From NCBI GenBank assembly GCA_002791595.1, contig PFXJ01000025.1:19880-83879 (forward strand): a DNA stretch of 64,000 bases. The letters are read 5' to 3'. A program made the translations under genes and the position numbers. Numbering within the stretch: the first letter of the stretch is position 1; every line of letters starts with the position of its first letter. This DNA comes from a candidate division Zixibacteria bacterium CG_4_9_14_3_um_filter_46_8. GTDB lineage: Bacteria; Zixibacteria; MSB-5A5; UM-FILTER-46-8. Below, piece after piece: positions 10,277 through 20,810 of the stretch. The notes beneath the pieces were generated by a model. It was not told the origin of the DNA. It searched no databases and worked only from the letters and a program-made list of their open reading frames with translations.

Positions 10277-11356
10277 TCATCTGCGGACCAGCGAATCGAC
10301 GGTCTTTTTATCCAGAATCTTCACCACCGCTGTCAACAGCTTGATTAAATTGTCGTAATCATCGCGATTTAAGATGCCGGCATGACCGTGGATATAACGG
10401 GTTGCGACACCCATATAAATGGTGGGGACGCCGATGCGATTCAATTGAATTCGACCCCCATCGGTTCCTCCTCGCTCCAGCGCGGTCAGGTGATATGGAA
10501 TCTTGTTTCTTTCGGCAACATCGATCACCAAATCGCGTAGCCTTCTGTTCGGGACTAAACTGCCATCATATACCGCGATGGATGGTCCCGATCCAAGCCG
10601 TTCCGGTTGCTTACCGGCCATACCTGGTGTATCCTTCGCGATAGAGACATCCACTGCAAATCCGACGTCAGGATCCACCATATTGGCGGCAGTCATCGCC
10701 CCACGCAAGCCGACTTCTTCCTGAACTGTGCCAACACCGAAAATCGTGTTCGGATGCTTGACCTTTCGGAAATGGCTCATTATAGATATCACGGCGGCAC
10801 AACCTATACGATTATCCCAGGCCTTCGCCAGGTACATTTTGGGGTTGGCCAAGATAGTGAATTCAGAAACGGGGACGATGGAATCACCCGGACGGATTTT
10901 TAGTATTTTCTTTACATCGAACTTATCCTGAGCCCCGATATCAATATAAAGATCCTCAATATCCAAAACCTTCTTCCGTTCCTCCTCTTTCAAGAGATGA
11001 GGAGGTTTAGAACCAATTACACCCTGAATATCTCCGCTTACGGTCTTAATAATTACTCTCTGCGCCAAAGCGACATGACCCCACCATCCTCCGAGCGGCA
11101 AAAATTTGATATAGCCATCATCGGTGATTTCCTTGACCATAAAGCCAATCTCATCCATGTGGGCCGCGATCATCACTTTGGGTTCAGAACTTGTGCCTTT
11201 CTTTTGGGCAATGAATGAGCCGAGGCGGTCGTAGCTGGTATTGTCCGCAATATCTTTGAGATATTTTTTCATAATCTCAGCCACAGCATCTTCGTGGCCC
11301 GGCACGCCATGGACCTCGGTAAGTTCCTTGAACATTAATTCAATTTTATCCATCAT
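10277..11356 (-). CDS. M42 family metallopeptidase (FrvX/glutamyl aminopeptidase-like)
   Basis: 359 aa with the M42 aminopeptidase/endoglucanase-like fold signature, including the HMDEIGF motif. Confidence 0.75.
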   Translation of the reverse strand: MMDKIELMFKELTEVHGVPGHEDAVAEIMKKYLKDIADNTSYDRLGSFIAQKKGTSSEPKVMIAAHMDEIGFMVKEITDDGYIKFLPLGGWWGHVALAQRVIIKTVSGDIQGVIGSKPPHLLKEEERKKVLDIEDLYIDIGAQDKFDVKKILKIRPGDSIVPVSEFTILANPKMYLAKAWDNRIGCAAVISIMSHFRKVKHPNTIFGVGTVQEEVGLRGAMTAANMVDPDVGFAVDVSIAKDTPGMAGKQPERLGSGPSIAVYDGSLVPNRRLRDLVIDVAERNKIPYHLTALERGGTDGGRIQLNRIGVPTIYMGVATRYIHGHAGILNRDDYDNLIKLLTAVVKILDKKTVDSLVRR

Positions 11357-11395
11357 TTCTCCTGAATATTCTCACAAATCTAACACATTGCAAAT

Positions 11396-12154
11396 CTATG
11401 TTATTAGCTTTCCATTGTCAACTATCAAACCCAACATATTCTTGAGTTCCTTGATCGAATCGCAACTGGCGTAGTTTGACATTTCCTCCGGATATTCCCT
11501 TCCTGGCTTCTTGCGGAGAATTCCCGTCAGGCCAATATCCTCTGGACCTTTGATGTCCTCTTCGAATCTGTCGCCGACAAATATCGCTTCATCGGGTGAA
11601 CAACCCGCTATTTCCAAAGCACAAATATATATATCAGGATGAGGTTTTCTAACTCCCAATTCGCAGGAGAAAACCATTCCATCTATATGAGGAAGGATGC
11701 CAAAGCGCCGCAATTCCATAAGATGCAAATACGCGGGAAATATAGAATTGCTGACAATAACGAGCTTAAGGCCAAGCGATTTCAACTCCTTAAGGGCTTT
11801 TGAAGAGCCATCGACCTCTGCGACATCCTCTGAAATAGGCTGGTAAAAAGCATATATGAAATTGCGCATCAGCTCTGGCTCGGCCGGCAAATTCATCTTC
11901 CTAAATGACTCGAATACAATTTCCTCAAAATTAACTTCCTTGAGATCCTCCTGCCTTTCCGCACTTAACATAGTATATGACTGATGGAAGATTCCGGCGC
12001 AAATTTCAATCGGCGGCACATTGGGGAATATTTCTATGAGAAATTGGTGCCCGGCCTTCATTCCCTTGCGGGCAATCTCTTCCCATTCGAAATTTTCATA
12101 TTCGAGAAGAGTTGAGCCGAGGTCAAATAAAATTGCTTTGAGCTTATTTTTCAC
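11396..12154 (-). CDS. HAD family hydrolase
   Basis: N-terminal DxG motif (ILFDLGSTL) and downstream HAD motifs. Overlaps ddl by 11 nt. Confidence 0.65.
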   Translation of the reverse strand: MKNKLKAILFDLGSTLLEYENFEWEEIARKGMKAGHQFLIEIFPNVPPIEICAGIFHQSYTMLSAERQEDLKEVNFEEIVFESFRKMNLPAEPELMRNFIYAFYQPISEDVAEVDGSSKALKELKSLGLKLVIVSNSIFPAYLHLMELRRFGILPHIDGMVFSCELGVRKPHPDIYICALEIAGCSPDEAIFVGDRFEEDIKGPEDIGLTGILRKKPGREYPEEMSNYASCDSIKELKNMLGLIVDNGKLIT

Positions 12155-13169
12155 TTTTCCGCCTTACTGCCAAGTTAGCAATGATCTCGATCAGTTCATC
12201 AAATTCGATTCCAATGGCTTTCATTGCTTTGGGAACCAAAGAGGTTGGGGTCATTCCGGGAAGAGTATTCACTTCGAGGCAATATAATTCTTCACCACCC
12301 CTTAATCTAAAATCCACGCGCCCATAATCGCGACACCCGAGAACATCGAAAGCTTTTCGGCCCAGTTGTTTGCATTTTTCGGCAAGGTCAGTTGGAAGGA
12401 CGGCGGGGCATATATACTTGGATTTCCCCGATGTATATTTGCATTCATAGCTATAGAAGCCTCCTTCCGGGACAATCTCAATTACCGGCAAGTCATAATC
12501 GCCTACAATGGCGACCGTTAATTCCCGGCCGGCAATATATTTTTCGGCAAGAATTCTTGAATCGTATTCGAAGGCGAGTTTCAGCGCAGGCGCTATTTCA
12601 TTTTCGGAATTCACAATAGATAAACCCACGGTGGATCCCTGCGCATTGGGCTTAATCACTAAGGGAAAACCAACAGTCGAGATAATTTCCCTTTTCGCCG
12701 CATTTGTGTCGTTCAACGCAGTGCTTCGATAAAGCAGCCATTCCGGCGTGGGGATGCCATTAAGCTTGAAAACCATCTTCGAAAATGCTTTATCCATTGC
12801 GGCCGCCGAAGCCAGGACATCTGAACCGGTATAGGTAACATTGCTCAAATTCAGGAGCGCCTGAATAGTGCCATCCTCTCCATGACCGCCATGCAATCCG
12901 ATGAAGACCACATCAAGGTCCGCCAAATCCCGCTCGTTAAGTCTTGTAGTAAGATAGCGGTCATCGAGACTGCTTAACGATTTTTCGTCAGGAGGAATGG
13001 CTCCGACTGCGTAGTTTCCTTTCAGGTCGATTTGCACAAAGCCACCGGCCGTATCGATAGCAATAACCTGATGGCTCCTCCTCAGAAGCGCCTCGGCTAT
13101 CTTTATGCCGGAGGCGATGGAGACCTTCCTCTCTGCGGACGTTCCCCCAAACAAAACAGCGATTTTCAA
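12144..13169 (-). CDS. ddl: D-alanine--D-alanine ligase
   Basis: MKIAVLFGGTSAEREVSI-type N-terminus and an ATP-grasp fold. Confidence 0.85.
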   Translation of the reverse strand: MKIAVLFGGTSAERKVSIASGIKIAEALLRRSHQVIAIDTAGGFVQIDLKGNYAVGAIPPDEKSLSSLDDRYLTTRLNERDLADLDVVFIGLHGGHGEDGTIQALLNLSNVTYTGSDVLASAAAMDKAFSKMVFKLNGIPTPEWLLYRSTALNDTNAAKREIISTVGFPLVIKPNAQGSTVGLSIVNSENEIAPALKLAFEYDSRILAEKYIAGRELTVAIVGDYDLPVIEIVPEGGFYSYECKYTSGKSKYICPAVLPTDLAEKCKQLGRKAFDVLGCRDYGRVDFRLRGGEELYCLEVNTLPGMTPTSLVPKAMKAIGIEFDELIEIIANLAVRRKSEK

Positions 13170-13813
13170 CTTCTTCCCTTCCGATATTTCAAGTAAATAT
13201 TAAGAATGTAGGCGGTAATCGCCACGGAGATGGCAATTAAAATTACTTTGCTATACATACTTATGAATGTCCCAATATTATCGATTTTATCTCTCATAAG
13301 AAAAACGGCGCCCATCAAGATGCCATTCCAAATGATAAAGCCCAAAAGAGTAAGCACCACAAATTTGCGCACGTCAATATTGATAATTCCAGCGGCAACA
13401 GAGATAAGGGAACGCACACCTGAAAAGAATCTCCCGCCCAAGATGATCCACCCTCCATATTTATCAACCCATTTCTCCATTCTGGAGAGTTTGTCAGCGA
13501 TTTCGCCAATCCATACGGATGATATGAAAAATTGGCGGCCCTTGGTTCGCCCAAGAAAATAAAGCACAGATGCGCCGGCAAGACCGCCAAAATTTACGGC
13601 CGCAAATGCCATAACAAATGAGAGCTTTCCTGAAACTGCAAAATAAGCCCCTACCAGAGTGAACATATCCCCGGGAAAAGGTGGAAATAAGTTCTCAATG
13701 ACAGATGATAGAAACAGGAATATATATATATATACTGCACCGTGTGATGCAAAATATGCGAATTGCTCTTCTAAAGTGATACCGGAATCCTTAAGCGATA
13801 TTGACCCATTCAA
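13166..13813 (-). CDS. DedA family (SNARE-associated) membrane protein
   Basis: Multi-TM protein with the DedA signature region (FPPFPGDMFTLVGAYFA). Confidence 0.7.
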   Translation of the reverse strand: MNGSISLKDSGITLEEQFAYFASHGAVYIYIFLFLSSVIENLFPPFPGDMFTLVGAYFAVSGKLSFVMAFAAVNFGGLAGASVLYFLGRTKGRQFFISSVWIGEIADKLSRMEKWVDKYGGWIILGGRFFSGVRSLISVAAGIINIDVRKFVVLTLLGFIIWNGILMGAVFLMRDKIDNIGTFISMYSKVILIAISVAITAYILNIYLKYRKGRS

Positions 13814-13859
13814 TTATTTCTGCAAATGACAATCAGCGCAGATGCAATCATCTTAGCGG

Positions 13860-14903
13860 TTAAATAATCAACATAGCATCGCCATAGCTATAAAACCTAT
13901 AATTATTTTTCTTGGCCTCTTCGTAAGCATTCATAACATTCTCACGCCCTGCGATCGCCGAGACCAGGAACAAGAGGGTTGATTTCGGTAGGTGAAAGTT
14001 GGTGATCAATGCCTTGACCACCTTGAATTTATAGGGAGGGTATATATAAATATCGGTGAACCCTTCCGAAGGAGCAATGACATATTTATGATCTGATTCG
14101 GAATCAATAGCCGCTCTTTCCAAGGTCCTGACTGAAGTGGTTCCGACGGCAATTACCCGTCCCCCGTTGCGGACGGCGCTATTAATTTTCTGAGCGGATG
14201 GTTCGGATATTGAAAAGAATTCCGATTCCATTTTGTGATCCTCTGGATTCTGGACAGTGACCGGGCGAAAAGTCCCTAGCGAAGGATGGAGAGTAATCTC
14301 GGCAATCGCTACCCCTCCACTTTGAATCTGAGTCAGCAACTGAAGACTAAAATGAAATCCGGCCGTGGGAGCCGCCACCGCGCCATTAACCGAGGCATAA
14401 ACTGTTTGATACCTTTCCATATCGAGAGGCTCGTCTTCCCTGTTAATATAGGGAGGAAGGGGAATATGCCCATATCGCTGGATTTGATAATCTATATCTA
14501 CGTGCGTCTGGAATTCAACCAGGCGCCCACCTACTGCAGTCCGATCCAGCACCCTGCAGGCAAAATCGCCAGCAAATTCCACCTCTGTCCCGGGAGCAAG
14601 CTTTTTCCCGGGATTGACAAGGGCTTCCCAGATCAAATCATCAATTTTTCGAAGCAGGAAAATTTCGACTTGGCCCCCGGATGGTTTCCGTTTGCCGTAT
14701 AATCGGGCCGGAAATACTTTGGAATTATTTATCACGAGACAATCACCAGGCCGCAGAAATTCGATAATCTGATCAAAGCGCCTATGCTGAATGTCGCCAG
14801 TTTCCTTCGACAAGACCAATAGCCGAGATTGATCACGTTGGTCCAAGGGATATTGCGCGATTAGTTCTCGTGGCAGGTGATAGTCGTAATCAGCTAATTC
14901 CAA
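13860..14903 (-). CDS. queA: S-adenosylmethionine:tRNA ribosyltransferase-isomerase QueA
   Basis: MELADYDYHLPRELIAQYP N-terminus. Length and the conserved blocks match QueA. Confidence 0.9.
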   Translation of the reverse strand: MELADYDYHLPRELIAQYPLDQRDQSRLLVLSKETGDIQHRRFDQIIEFLRPGDCLVINNSKVFPARLYGKRKPSGGQVEIFLLRKIDDLIWEALVNPGKKLAPGTEVEFAGDFACRVLDRTAVGGRLVEFQTHVDIDYQIQRYGHIPLPPYINREDEPLDMERYQTVYASVNGAVAAPTAGFHFSLQLLTQIQSGGVAIAEITLHPSLGTFRPVTVQNPEDHKMESEFFSISEPSAQKINSAVRNGGRVIAVGTTSVRTLERAAIDSESDHKYVIAPSEGFTDIYIYPPYKFKVVKALITNFHLPKSTLLFLVSAIAGRENVMNAYEEAKKNNYRFYSYGDAMLII

Positions 14904-14996
14904 ATCAGTGGCGAGGAAAAAGTCGATGATAAATAAAATTATTGAGATGAAAACCGATAAGATTACTCCGGTGGTTATTCGGAAAATTATAATAGC

Positions 14997-15569
14997 TCAA
15001 CCGTGCTCTCCTAACGATACCTTGGTTTTGATGGTGATAAAGCGATCCCTCTCTGAATAAATGCATCCGCAGTATTTTTGAAGATACAATCCCATTTCCC
15101 TGGCCTGAAGCCGTCCTTCACGATAGCCGGAACGAAAGTCCTGATACAGAAACCGTATGCCATTTTGATCAGCCACCTTGTTGCCTATTTCCTTAAGCAG
15201 ATCGTGCTTTTGGAACGGTGAAACGGAAAGAGTTGTAGTAAAAAGGTCATAACCTTCTTCACGAGCAAACTCCGCAGTCCGACTCAGGCGCATTTGGTAA
15301 CAATGATAGCATCGCTCGGGTTCAGATGGAGAAGAGGCGACTTTCTTGAGAAAGCAATCGAGGTCATAGCTCTCATCATAAGCAATTCCCAATTCCTTCA
15401 AACCAGCGAAACGTTTCAGCGATTCTAATCGTTTTGAGTATTCAATGTAAGGATGAATATTGGGATTATACCAGAAACCGGTCACATCGTAGCCTTCCTT
15501 AGCCCATTCATCGATAGGGTAAACTGCGCAGGGGCCGCAACAAATATGGACGGCCAGCTTCTTGCTCAA
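14997..15569 (-). CDS. queH: Epoxyqueuosine reductase QueH (DUF208)
   Basis: HICCGPC motif and ~190 aa length typical of QueH. Lies next to queA. Confidence 0.75.
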   Translation of the reverse strand: MSKKLAVHICCGPCAVYPIDEWAKEGYDVTGFWYNPNIHPYIEYSKRLESLKRFAGLKELGIAYDESYDLDCFLKKVASSPSEPERCYHCYQMRLSRTAEFAREEGYDLFTTTLSVSPFQKHDLLKEIGNKVADQNGIRFLYQDFRSGYREGRLQAREMGLYLQKYCGCIYSERDRFITIKTKVSLGEHG

Positions 15570-16591
15570 AACAGCTCCTTTTGCCGATGAGGCGGCATAT
15601 TGAAACCAAGATGAGCAAATCCCAGGTTGGAGACCATCCTGCCCTTGCGAGTTCGTTGAAGGAAACCAATTTTCAAAAGATATGGCTCCACCACATCTTC
15701 CAATGTATCAGCTTCCTCATTCAAAGTAGCGGCCAGAGCTTCAATACCTACGGGACCGCCACCATAGTGCTGTATAATAATTCTCAAATAGTTGCGGTCG
15801 AGATCATCTAAGCCGATAATATCAACACCCTCCAAATCCAAGGCCTGCCGTGCCAACTCGGAAGTGACATTACCATCGGCTTTGACCTGGCAGAAATCTC
15901 TCACTCTTCTCAATAAGCGATTTGCGATCCTGGGAGTGCCTCTGCTTCGGCGGGCGACCTCTGGCGCGGCATCATTATCAATCTTAAGTTGAAGCAATCC
16001 CGCCGAGCGTTTGACGATTGCCGTGAGGTCCTCATTAGGGTAGAAATCGAGATGATGCATCATCCCGAATCTATCTCGTAGAGGTGCGGTGAGCAATCCA
16101 GCCCTGGTAGTGGCGCCTATCAAGGTGAATCTCTCCAGTTTGAATTTGACTAACCGAGAGTGAGGACCGGAATCGACCAGGAAATCGACACAGAAATCCT
16201 CAATGGCCGGATAGAGGAATTCCTCGACAGCGGCGTTCATTCGATGAATCTCATCGACAAATAGAACATCGCCAGTTCTTAAGTTGGTCAAGATACCCAT
16301 CAAATCGCCCGGCTTGGTTAGACTTGGTCCGGTAGTTGTTATTAACTGGGTGCCCATCTCATTGGCGATAATATGGGCCAGTGTGGTTTTGCCCAGTCCT
16401 GCTGGACCGTAAAAAAGTATATGCTCTAAAGGCTCTTGTCGATGATTGGCGGCCTGGATGGAAAGCGAGAGCTTCTCGACCAGTTTCTGCTGGCCAATAT
16501 ACTCCGATAGCCGACGAGGCCTCAATGCCCACGAAAACGCCTCGTCCTCAGGGGTAGTCGGCTGGGGGGTAACTATCCGCTCTCTGGTCAT
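15566..16591 (-). CDS. ruvB: Holliday junction branch migration helicase RuvB
   Basis: AAA+ Walker A GPAGLGKTTLA and RuvB-specific blocks. Sits in the ruvC-ruvA-ruvB order. Confidence 0.95.
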   Translation of the reverse strand: MTRERIVTPQPTTPEDEAFSWALRPRRLSEYIGQQKLVEKLSLSIQAANHRQEPLEHILFYGPAGLGKTTLAHIIANEMGTQLITTTGPSLTKPGDLMGILTNLRTGDVLFVDEIHRMNAAVEEFLYPAIEDFCVDFLVDSGPHSRLVKFKLERFTLIGATTRAGLLTAPLRDRFGMMHHLDFYPNEDLTAIVKRSAGLLQLKIDNDAAPEVARRSRGTPRIANRLLRRVRDFCQVKADGNVTSELARQALDLEGVDIIGLDDLDRNYLRIIIQHYGGGPVGIEALAATLNEEADTLEDVVEPYLLKIGFLQRTRKGRMVSNLGFAHLGFNMPPHRQKELF

Positions 16592-16592
16592 A

Positions 16593-17243
16593 TCAACCCG
16601 AAGCCAAAAGCCCCTTCTTAAATATGAGATTGATCAATTCCTCCAGGGCCTTGATCTTGGGATTATCGACCAGGGCTTTTTCTATCATCTGCTTCGCTTC
16701 CCTCTCGCTGTATCCCAACTGCTGTAGAACTGCTAGAGCATCACCTTCCACGGCGTTCGCATCCGGCTTTTTCTTTTCGGCAACCAAAGGCTCGCTTTCT
16801 TTAAGCAAGGCGAATTTGGTCACTTTGCCATGGAGAGTAGCAATCACTTTCTCAGCAGTCCGACCTCCCAGACCCGGCATTTGTTTTATCAATTCCATGT
16901 CTCCAGTCTCAATCGCCGTCGCGATCTCCTTCACTGGTTTGGTAAGCGCCTTAAGCGCCTTCTTGAAACCTACTCCATCCACAGTCGTAAAAAGCCGGAA
17001 GAATTCACGGTCATTTTCATCCGTAAATCCAATCAAATATGGATAGGCATTGCCTCCGCCCGATGGTGATTCGATATATTCCAAAGTATGCAAGCTCAAT
17101 GTCGAACCAGATACATTGGAGGATTTCAGGCGGTTCAGTACACCAGATGGGAGAAGAATGTCCCAGGAGATGCCCGGCATCATTTTCATTAGAATGGAAT
17201 TATCCGTGAATTTTTCAATGGCGCCCTCGACCCTTGATATCAT
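16593..17243 (-). CDS. ruvA: Holliday junction DNA helicase subunit RuvA
   Basis: ~200 aa protein between ruvC and ruvB with HhH-containing middle domain motifs. Confidence 0.8.
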   Translation of the reverse strand: MISRVEGAIEKFTDNSILMKMMPGISWDILLPSGVLNRLKSSNVSGSTLSLHTLEYIESPSGGGNAYPYLIGFTDENDREFFRLFTTVDGVGFKKALKALTKPVKEIATAIETGDMELIKQMPGLGGRTAEKVIATLHGKVTKFALLKESEPLVAEKKKPDANAVEGDALAVLQQLGYSEREAKQMIEKALVDNPKIKALEELINLIFKKGLLASG

Positions 17244-17782
17244 CTTGACACCTGCGCCGTTGAAAGATATGAATGCAGTTCCGGGCGATTTCGGGATTGC
17301 GTGAGGTCTGTTATTGCAACTCCCAGAGCATCGGATACATCAAAATATTTGGATTCCAATTCCAATTTCAAAATATGGCCGATCATTCTGCGCACTTTTT
17401 CCTTTGAAGCTCTACCATCCCCGGTGATGATTTTCTTAATCTCTGTTGACGGATATGAAAACACCTCCATACCCGCCCGCGCTGCCGTCATAAGGATTAC
17501 CCCACGCGCGTGTCCCATAATAATTGATGTTTGAGGATGCTTATAATGCGAATAGAGTTCCTCGACAGCCATTCGTGAAGGCTTGAAATCATTGAGGATG
17601 GAATTCAATTCCTCAAAAAGGAGATTAAGCCTTTCCGGTAATGGCTTGTTTCCTGGCCTTATAACGCCGGCTTCAACCAAAATCGGGCAATCCCCGGCTG
17701 TCCTGACCAGCGCATAACCAGTAATATTGGTTCCGGGATCAATTCCGATGACAAGATTGGATTCACGCGAGATGCTCATCAC
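17240..17782 (-). CDS. ruvC: Crossover junction endodeoxyribonuclease RuvC
   Basis: VIGIDPGTNITGYALV N-terminus (RNase H-like fold). Overlaps ruvA by 4 nt. Confidence 0.85.
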   Translation of the reverse strand: MMSISRESNLVIGIDPGTNITGYALVRTAGDCPILVEAGVIRPGNKPLPERLNLLFEELNSILNDFKPSRMAVEELYSHYKHPQTSIIMGHARGVILMTAARAGMEVFSYPSTEIKKIITGDGRASKEKVRRMIGHILKLELESKYFDVSDALGVAITDLTQSRNRPELHSYLSTAQVSR

Positions 17783-17786
17783 TTCG

Positions 17787-18536
17787 CTACTGGCTGAACT
17801 GCTCTATGAGGGCGTCATCAATGTCGAAGTTGGCATAAACATTCTGTATATCATCATGTTCATCAAGCAGACTCATTAAACGGAGCATCTGCTCAGCCTT
17901 TTTGCCCTCAAGTTTGATATAATTTTGCGCAATCTTTGTTATTTCGGCGCTTTCCATAGGGATGCTTTTGGACTCAAGCGCAGAGCGCACCTTTTCAAAA
18001 TCGTGCGGCGGAGTGTAAACCTCAAACACTCCCTCGGAATTGCCGATGTCTTCGGCGCCGGCATCGAGCGCAATCTCCATAAGAGTGTCTTCGGGAACTT
18101 TCGCGGAAGGAATCCTAATGAAGCCCCGCTTGTCAAACATCCATCCCACGCATCCGGTTTCGCCCAAGTTGCCACCATTTTTGGTGAGTAGGGCTCGAAT
18201 TTCTGCCACAGTGCGGTTCTTATTATCTGTCACAACTTCTATCAGAATCGCCACTCCCCCAGGCCCATATCCTTCATAGGAAACCTCTTCATAGCTTGCT
18301 CCGGGCAGTTCACCGGTTCCCTTCTGGATTGCTCTCTTGATGTTATCCTGGGGCATATTAGCGGCTTTAGCGGCGCCTATGGCAGAGCGCAATCGGGGAT
18401 TCATATCAGGGTCCCCTCCGCCACTTCTTGCTGCGATCATAACTTCTTTGTTTAGCCGTGAAAATACTTTACCGCGCTGGGCGTCTAACTTGCCTTTTTT
18501 TCTTTTAATAGTCGCCCATTTTGAATGACCAGACAT
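17787..18536 (-). CDS. YebC/PmpR family DNA-binding transcriptional regulator
   Basis: [24 protein letters not shown]-terminus is diagnostic of YebC. Conserved yebC-ruvC linkage. Confidence 0.85.
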   Translation of the reverse strand: MSGHSKWATIKRKKGKLDAQRGKVFSRLNKEVMIAARSGGGDPDMNPRLRSAIGAAKAANMPQDNIKRAIQKGTGELPGASYEEVSYEGYGPGGVAILIEVVTDNKNRTVAEIRALLTKNGGNLGETGCVGWMFDKRGFIRIPSAKVPEDTLMEIALDAGAEDIGNSEGVFEVYTPPHDFEKVRSALESKSIPMESAEITKIAQNYIKLEGKKAEQMLRLMSLLDEHDDIQNVYANFDIDDALIEQFSQ

Positions 18537-18684
18537 ATTTCCTCCCGCCACTTACGGCACCAATAATTTTTCTCTCATAAGTTTAACAAAAATAAGCTCT
18601 TTTCGCAACAGAAAACTGGAGGAATAACCGCCATCCACTGCTTTTATAGCTTGACCCCTACCATGTGAATAGCTATCATCAAAT

Positions 18685-19938
18685 ATGAAAATGATCGTCA
18701 ATTCGTGCCTTATCATGGCGTTATCATTGCTTTACATTATGAATCTATCTTGCGGCAATAAAACAAGAAATGATGATGGCGAGATTACTCTGCAATTCTG
18801 GCAATTCTGGACCGACCCTGAAGCAAAGAAGGTCATGACCGATCTGGTAAGTGAGTTTGAAATCACCAATCCCAGGGTTAAAATCGTTGTCACGGATTTG
18901 ACCTGGGGAGAAGGACATAGCAAAATAGTGGTGGCATTTTCCGGCGGGAACACTCCCGACATCCTGGAACTCGGCTCCGATTGGGTTCCGGAATTCTCCA
19001 GTCGCGGTGCGTTGATGGACTTGACCGATTACCTCGATACTTTGCTTCAGGAACGGATTATGTGGGAACCGGGTGAATTTGATGGCTCTTACTATGCGGC
19101 GCCATGGTTTTTGGACACAAGAGCAATTTTCTATAATAAAGCATTATTGAGGCAAGCCGGTTATGAAGCCGGCAGCAATTTTAATACCTGGGATGACTTT
19201 GCGCTCGCATGCAAGAGAATAGATGCACTTGGAGGAGACCTCGCGGGATTCGGTATCAATAGCTATGAAAAACATCGGCTATATAAGAAGTTTCTGCCAT
19301 TCATTTGGACTAACAATGGCGATGTCCTGGATAATTCGCTTTCACCTGTTTTCGACTCAAAAAGCGTTCTGGAAGCATTTGAATTGTATTTAAAGCTCGC
19401 AGATTACGGAATCATAGACAACCAGCAAAATCTCGATATTAAGTTCATTGATGGAACATTGGGTTTCAATTTCTCCGGGGGATGGCTTTTGAAAAATATC
19501 CAGCGCAATCGACCCGACTTGGAATTCGGGGTTATGCCGGTTCCTTCTCCTGATGGGAAAATGGGGATTTCATTTGCGGGCGGCGAATACCTTGTAATCA
19601 GCAATAAATGTCCTCATCCTGACGCGGCTGTGAAATTCGTCAAATTCCTGATTGATCCTTCAAATACGATTCGTCTGTGCAAAGCGGTTGGTTTTGGGTT
19701 TCCAAGCACTAACGCTCTCCCCGATGATCCATTTTACTCCGAGAATCCATATCGGGTGGTCTTTCACCAACAACTTTTGAATTCACGAACTCCTCCCAAT
19801 CATCCTAAATGGGTCTATATTGAGGAAGTGATTGAAAAAACTGTGGAAAAGGGAATATATAAGAAGGGTGATGCGGAAACTCTTTTAAGGCAGGCGAATG
19901 ACGAGATTAAGCAGATATTGGATAGAAAAAATAATTGA
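18685..19938 (+). CDS. ABC transporter substrate-binding protein (family 1, sugar-type), probable lipoprotein
   Basis: Signal peptide with an LSC lipobox-like site and an extracellular solute-binding protein family 1 fold. Followed by two permease genes. Confidence 0.75.
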   Translation: MKMIVNSCLIMALSLLYIMNLSCGNKTRNDDGEITLQFWQFWTDPEAKKVMTDLVSEFEITNPRVKIVVTDLTWGEGHSKIVVAFSGGNTPDILELGSDWVPEFSSRGALMDLTDYLDTLLQERIMWEPGEFDGSYYAAPWFLDTRAIFYNKALLRQAGYEAGSNFNTWDDFALACKRIDALGGDLAGFGINSYEKHRLYKKFLPFIWTNNGDVLDNSLSPVFDSKSVLEAFELYLKLADYGIIDNQQNLDIKFIDGTLGFNFSGGWLLKNIQRNRPDLEFGVMPVPSPDGKMGISFAGGEYLVISNKCPHPDAAVKFVKFLIDPSNTIRLCKAVGFGFPSTNALPDDPFYSENPYRVVFHQQLLNSRTPPNHPKWVYIEEVIEKTVEKGIYKKGDAETLLRQANDEIKQILDRKNN

Positions 19939-20810
19939 AGCTTGCTGAGAAAAATAAGGGACTTTTCTTTATCCTTCCCTGGGCCTTGACCTTCATCATA
20001 TTCTGGTTCTTCCCTCTACTATACTCACTAATTTTATCATTATTTTCTACAGACGTCATTCGGCAATCATCGCAGTTCGTCGGTTTGACGAATTATCTCA
20101 AGATATTCCGCGACCCCGATTTTTTTACAGCACTGTGGAACACGATCATCTTCGTGGCAGGCACCATTCCACTCACGACAATATTAGCGCTCATAGCCGC
20201 TCTTGCGGTCAATTCCCGCATTCCCCTGGCGAATATTTTCAAGACTTCGCTGGTAATACCATCTATCACATCAATGGTGGTGATGGCTCTGATATTCTCG
20301 CATCTTTATGCTCCGGGAGGATATATCGGCACATTATTAAAAATTATCGGGTTTGATCCCCCGGTTAACGGGCTATTATTGTCAGAGAAAACCGCGCTGG
20401 TATCAATAATGGCGATGGATGTGCTGATTGCTTTTGGTTATTATATGCTACTTTATATCGCCGCGCTTCAGAATATTCCCGAGAATCTCTATGAAGCCGC
20501 CGAGCTGGATGGAGCCGGTGGTTGGAATAAATTCAGATATATAACCCTCCCGCATTTGAAATCAATGACCTTATTCATTCTGGTCATAAATACTATCAGG
20601 TCATTCCAAATATTCACCGAGATATTTGTGATGACCAAAGGAGGTCCGTTGAATTCGACCCTGACAGCAGTTTATTATGTGTATGATGTCGGCTTTGTAA
20701 AATTTGATATGGGCTATGCCTCAGCGGCAGCTTATGTATTATTTATTGTAATTGCCATTTTTTCCATAATTCAGTTCAAGCTTTTTCAGCCGGAAAGTGC
20801 CAGCTCGTGA
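19935..20810 (+). CDS. Sugar ABC transporter permease (MalF/UgpA-like)
   Basis: 6-TM permease with the EAA-loop motif region (EAAELDGAGGWNKFRYITLP). Confidence 0.8.
   Translation: MKLAEKNKGLFFILPWALTFIIFWFFPLLYSLILSLFSTDVIRQSSQFVGLTNYLKIFRDPDFFTALWNTIIFVAGTIPLTTILALIAALAVNSRIPLANIFKTSLVIPSITSMVVMALIFSHLYAPGGYIGTLLKIIGFDPPVNGLLLSEKTALVSIMAMDVLIAFGYYMLLYIAALQNIPENLYEAAELDGAGGWNKFRYITLPHLKSMTLFILVINTIRSFQIFTEIFVMTKGGPLNSTLTAVYYVYDVGFVKFDMGYASAAAYVLFIVIAIFSIIQFKLFQPESASS

Noticed and set aside
16624-17046. 140-aa ORF antisense to ruvA
   Set aside because: Antisense to a conserved gene with a low-complexity translation. Spurious.
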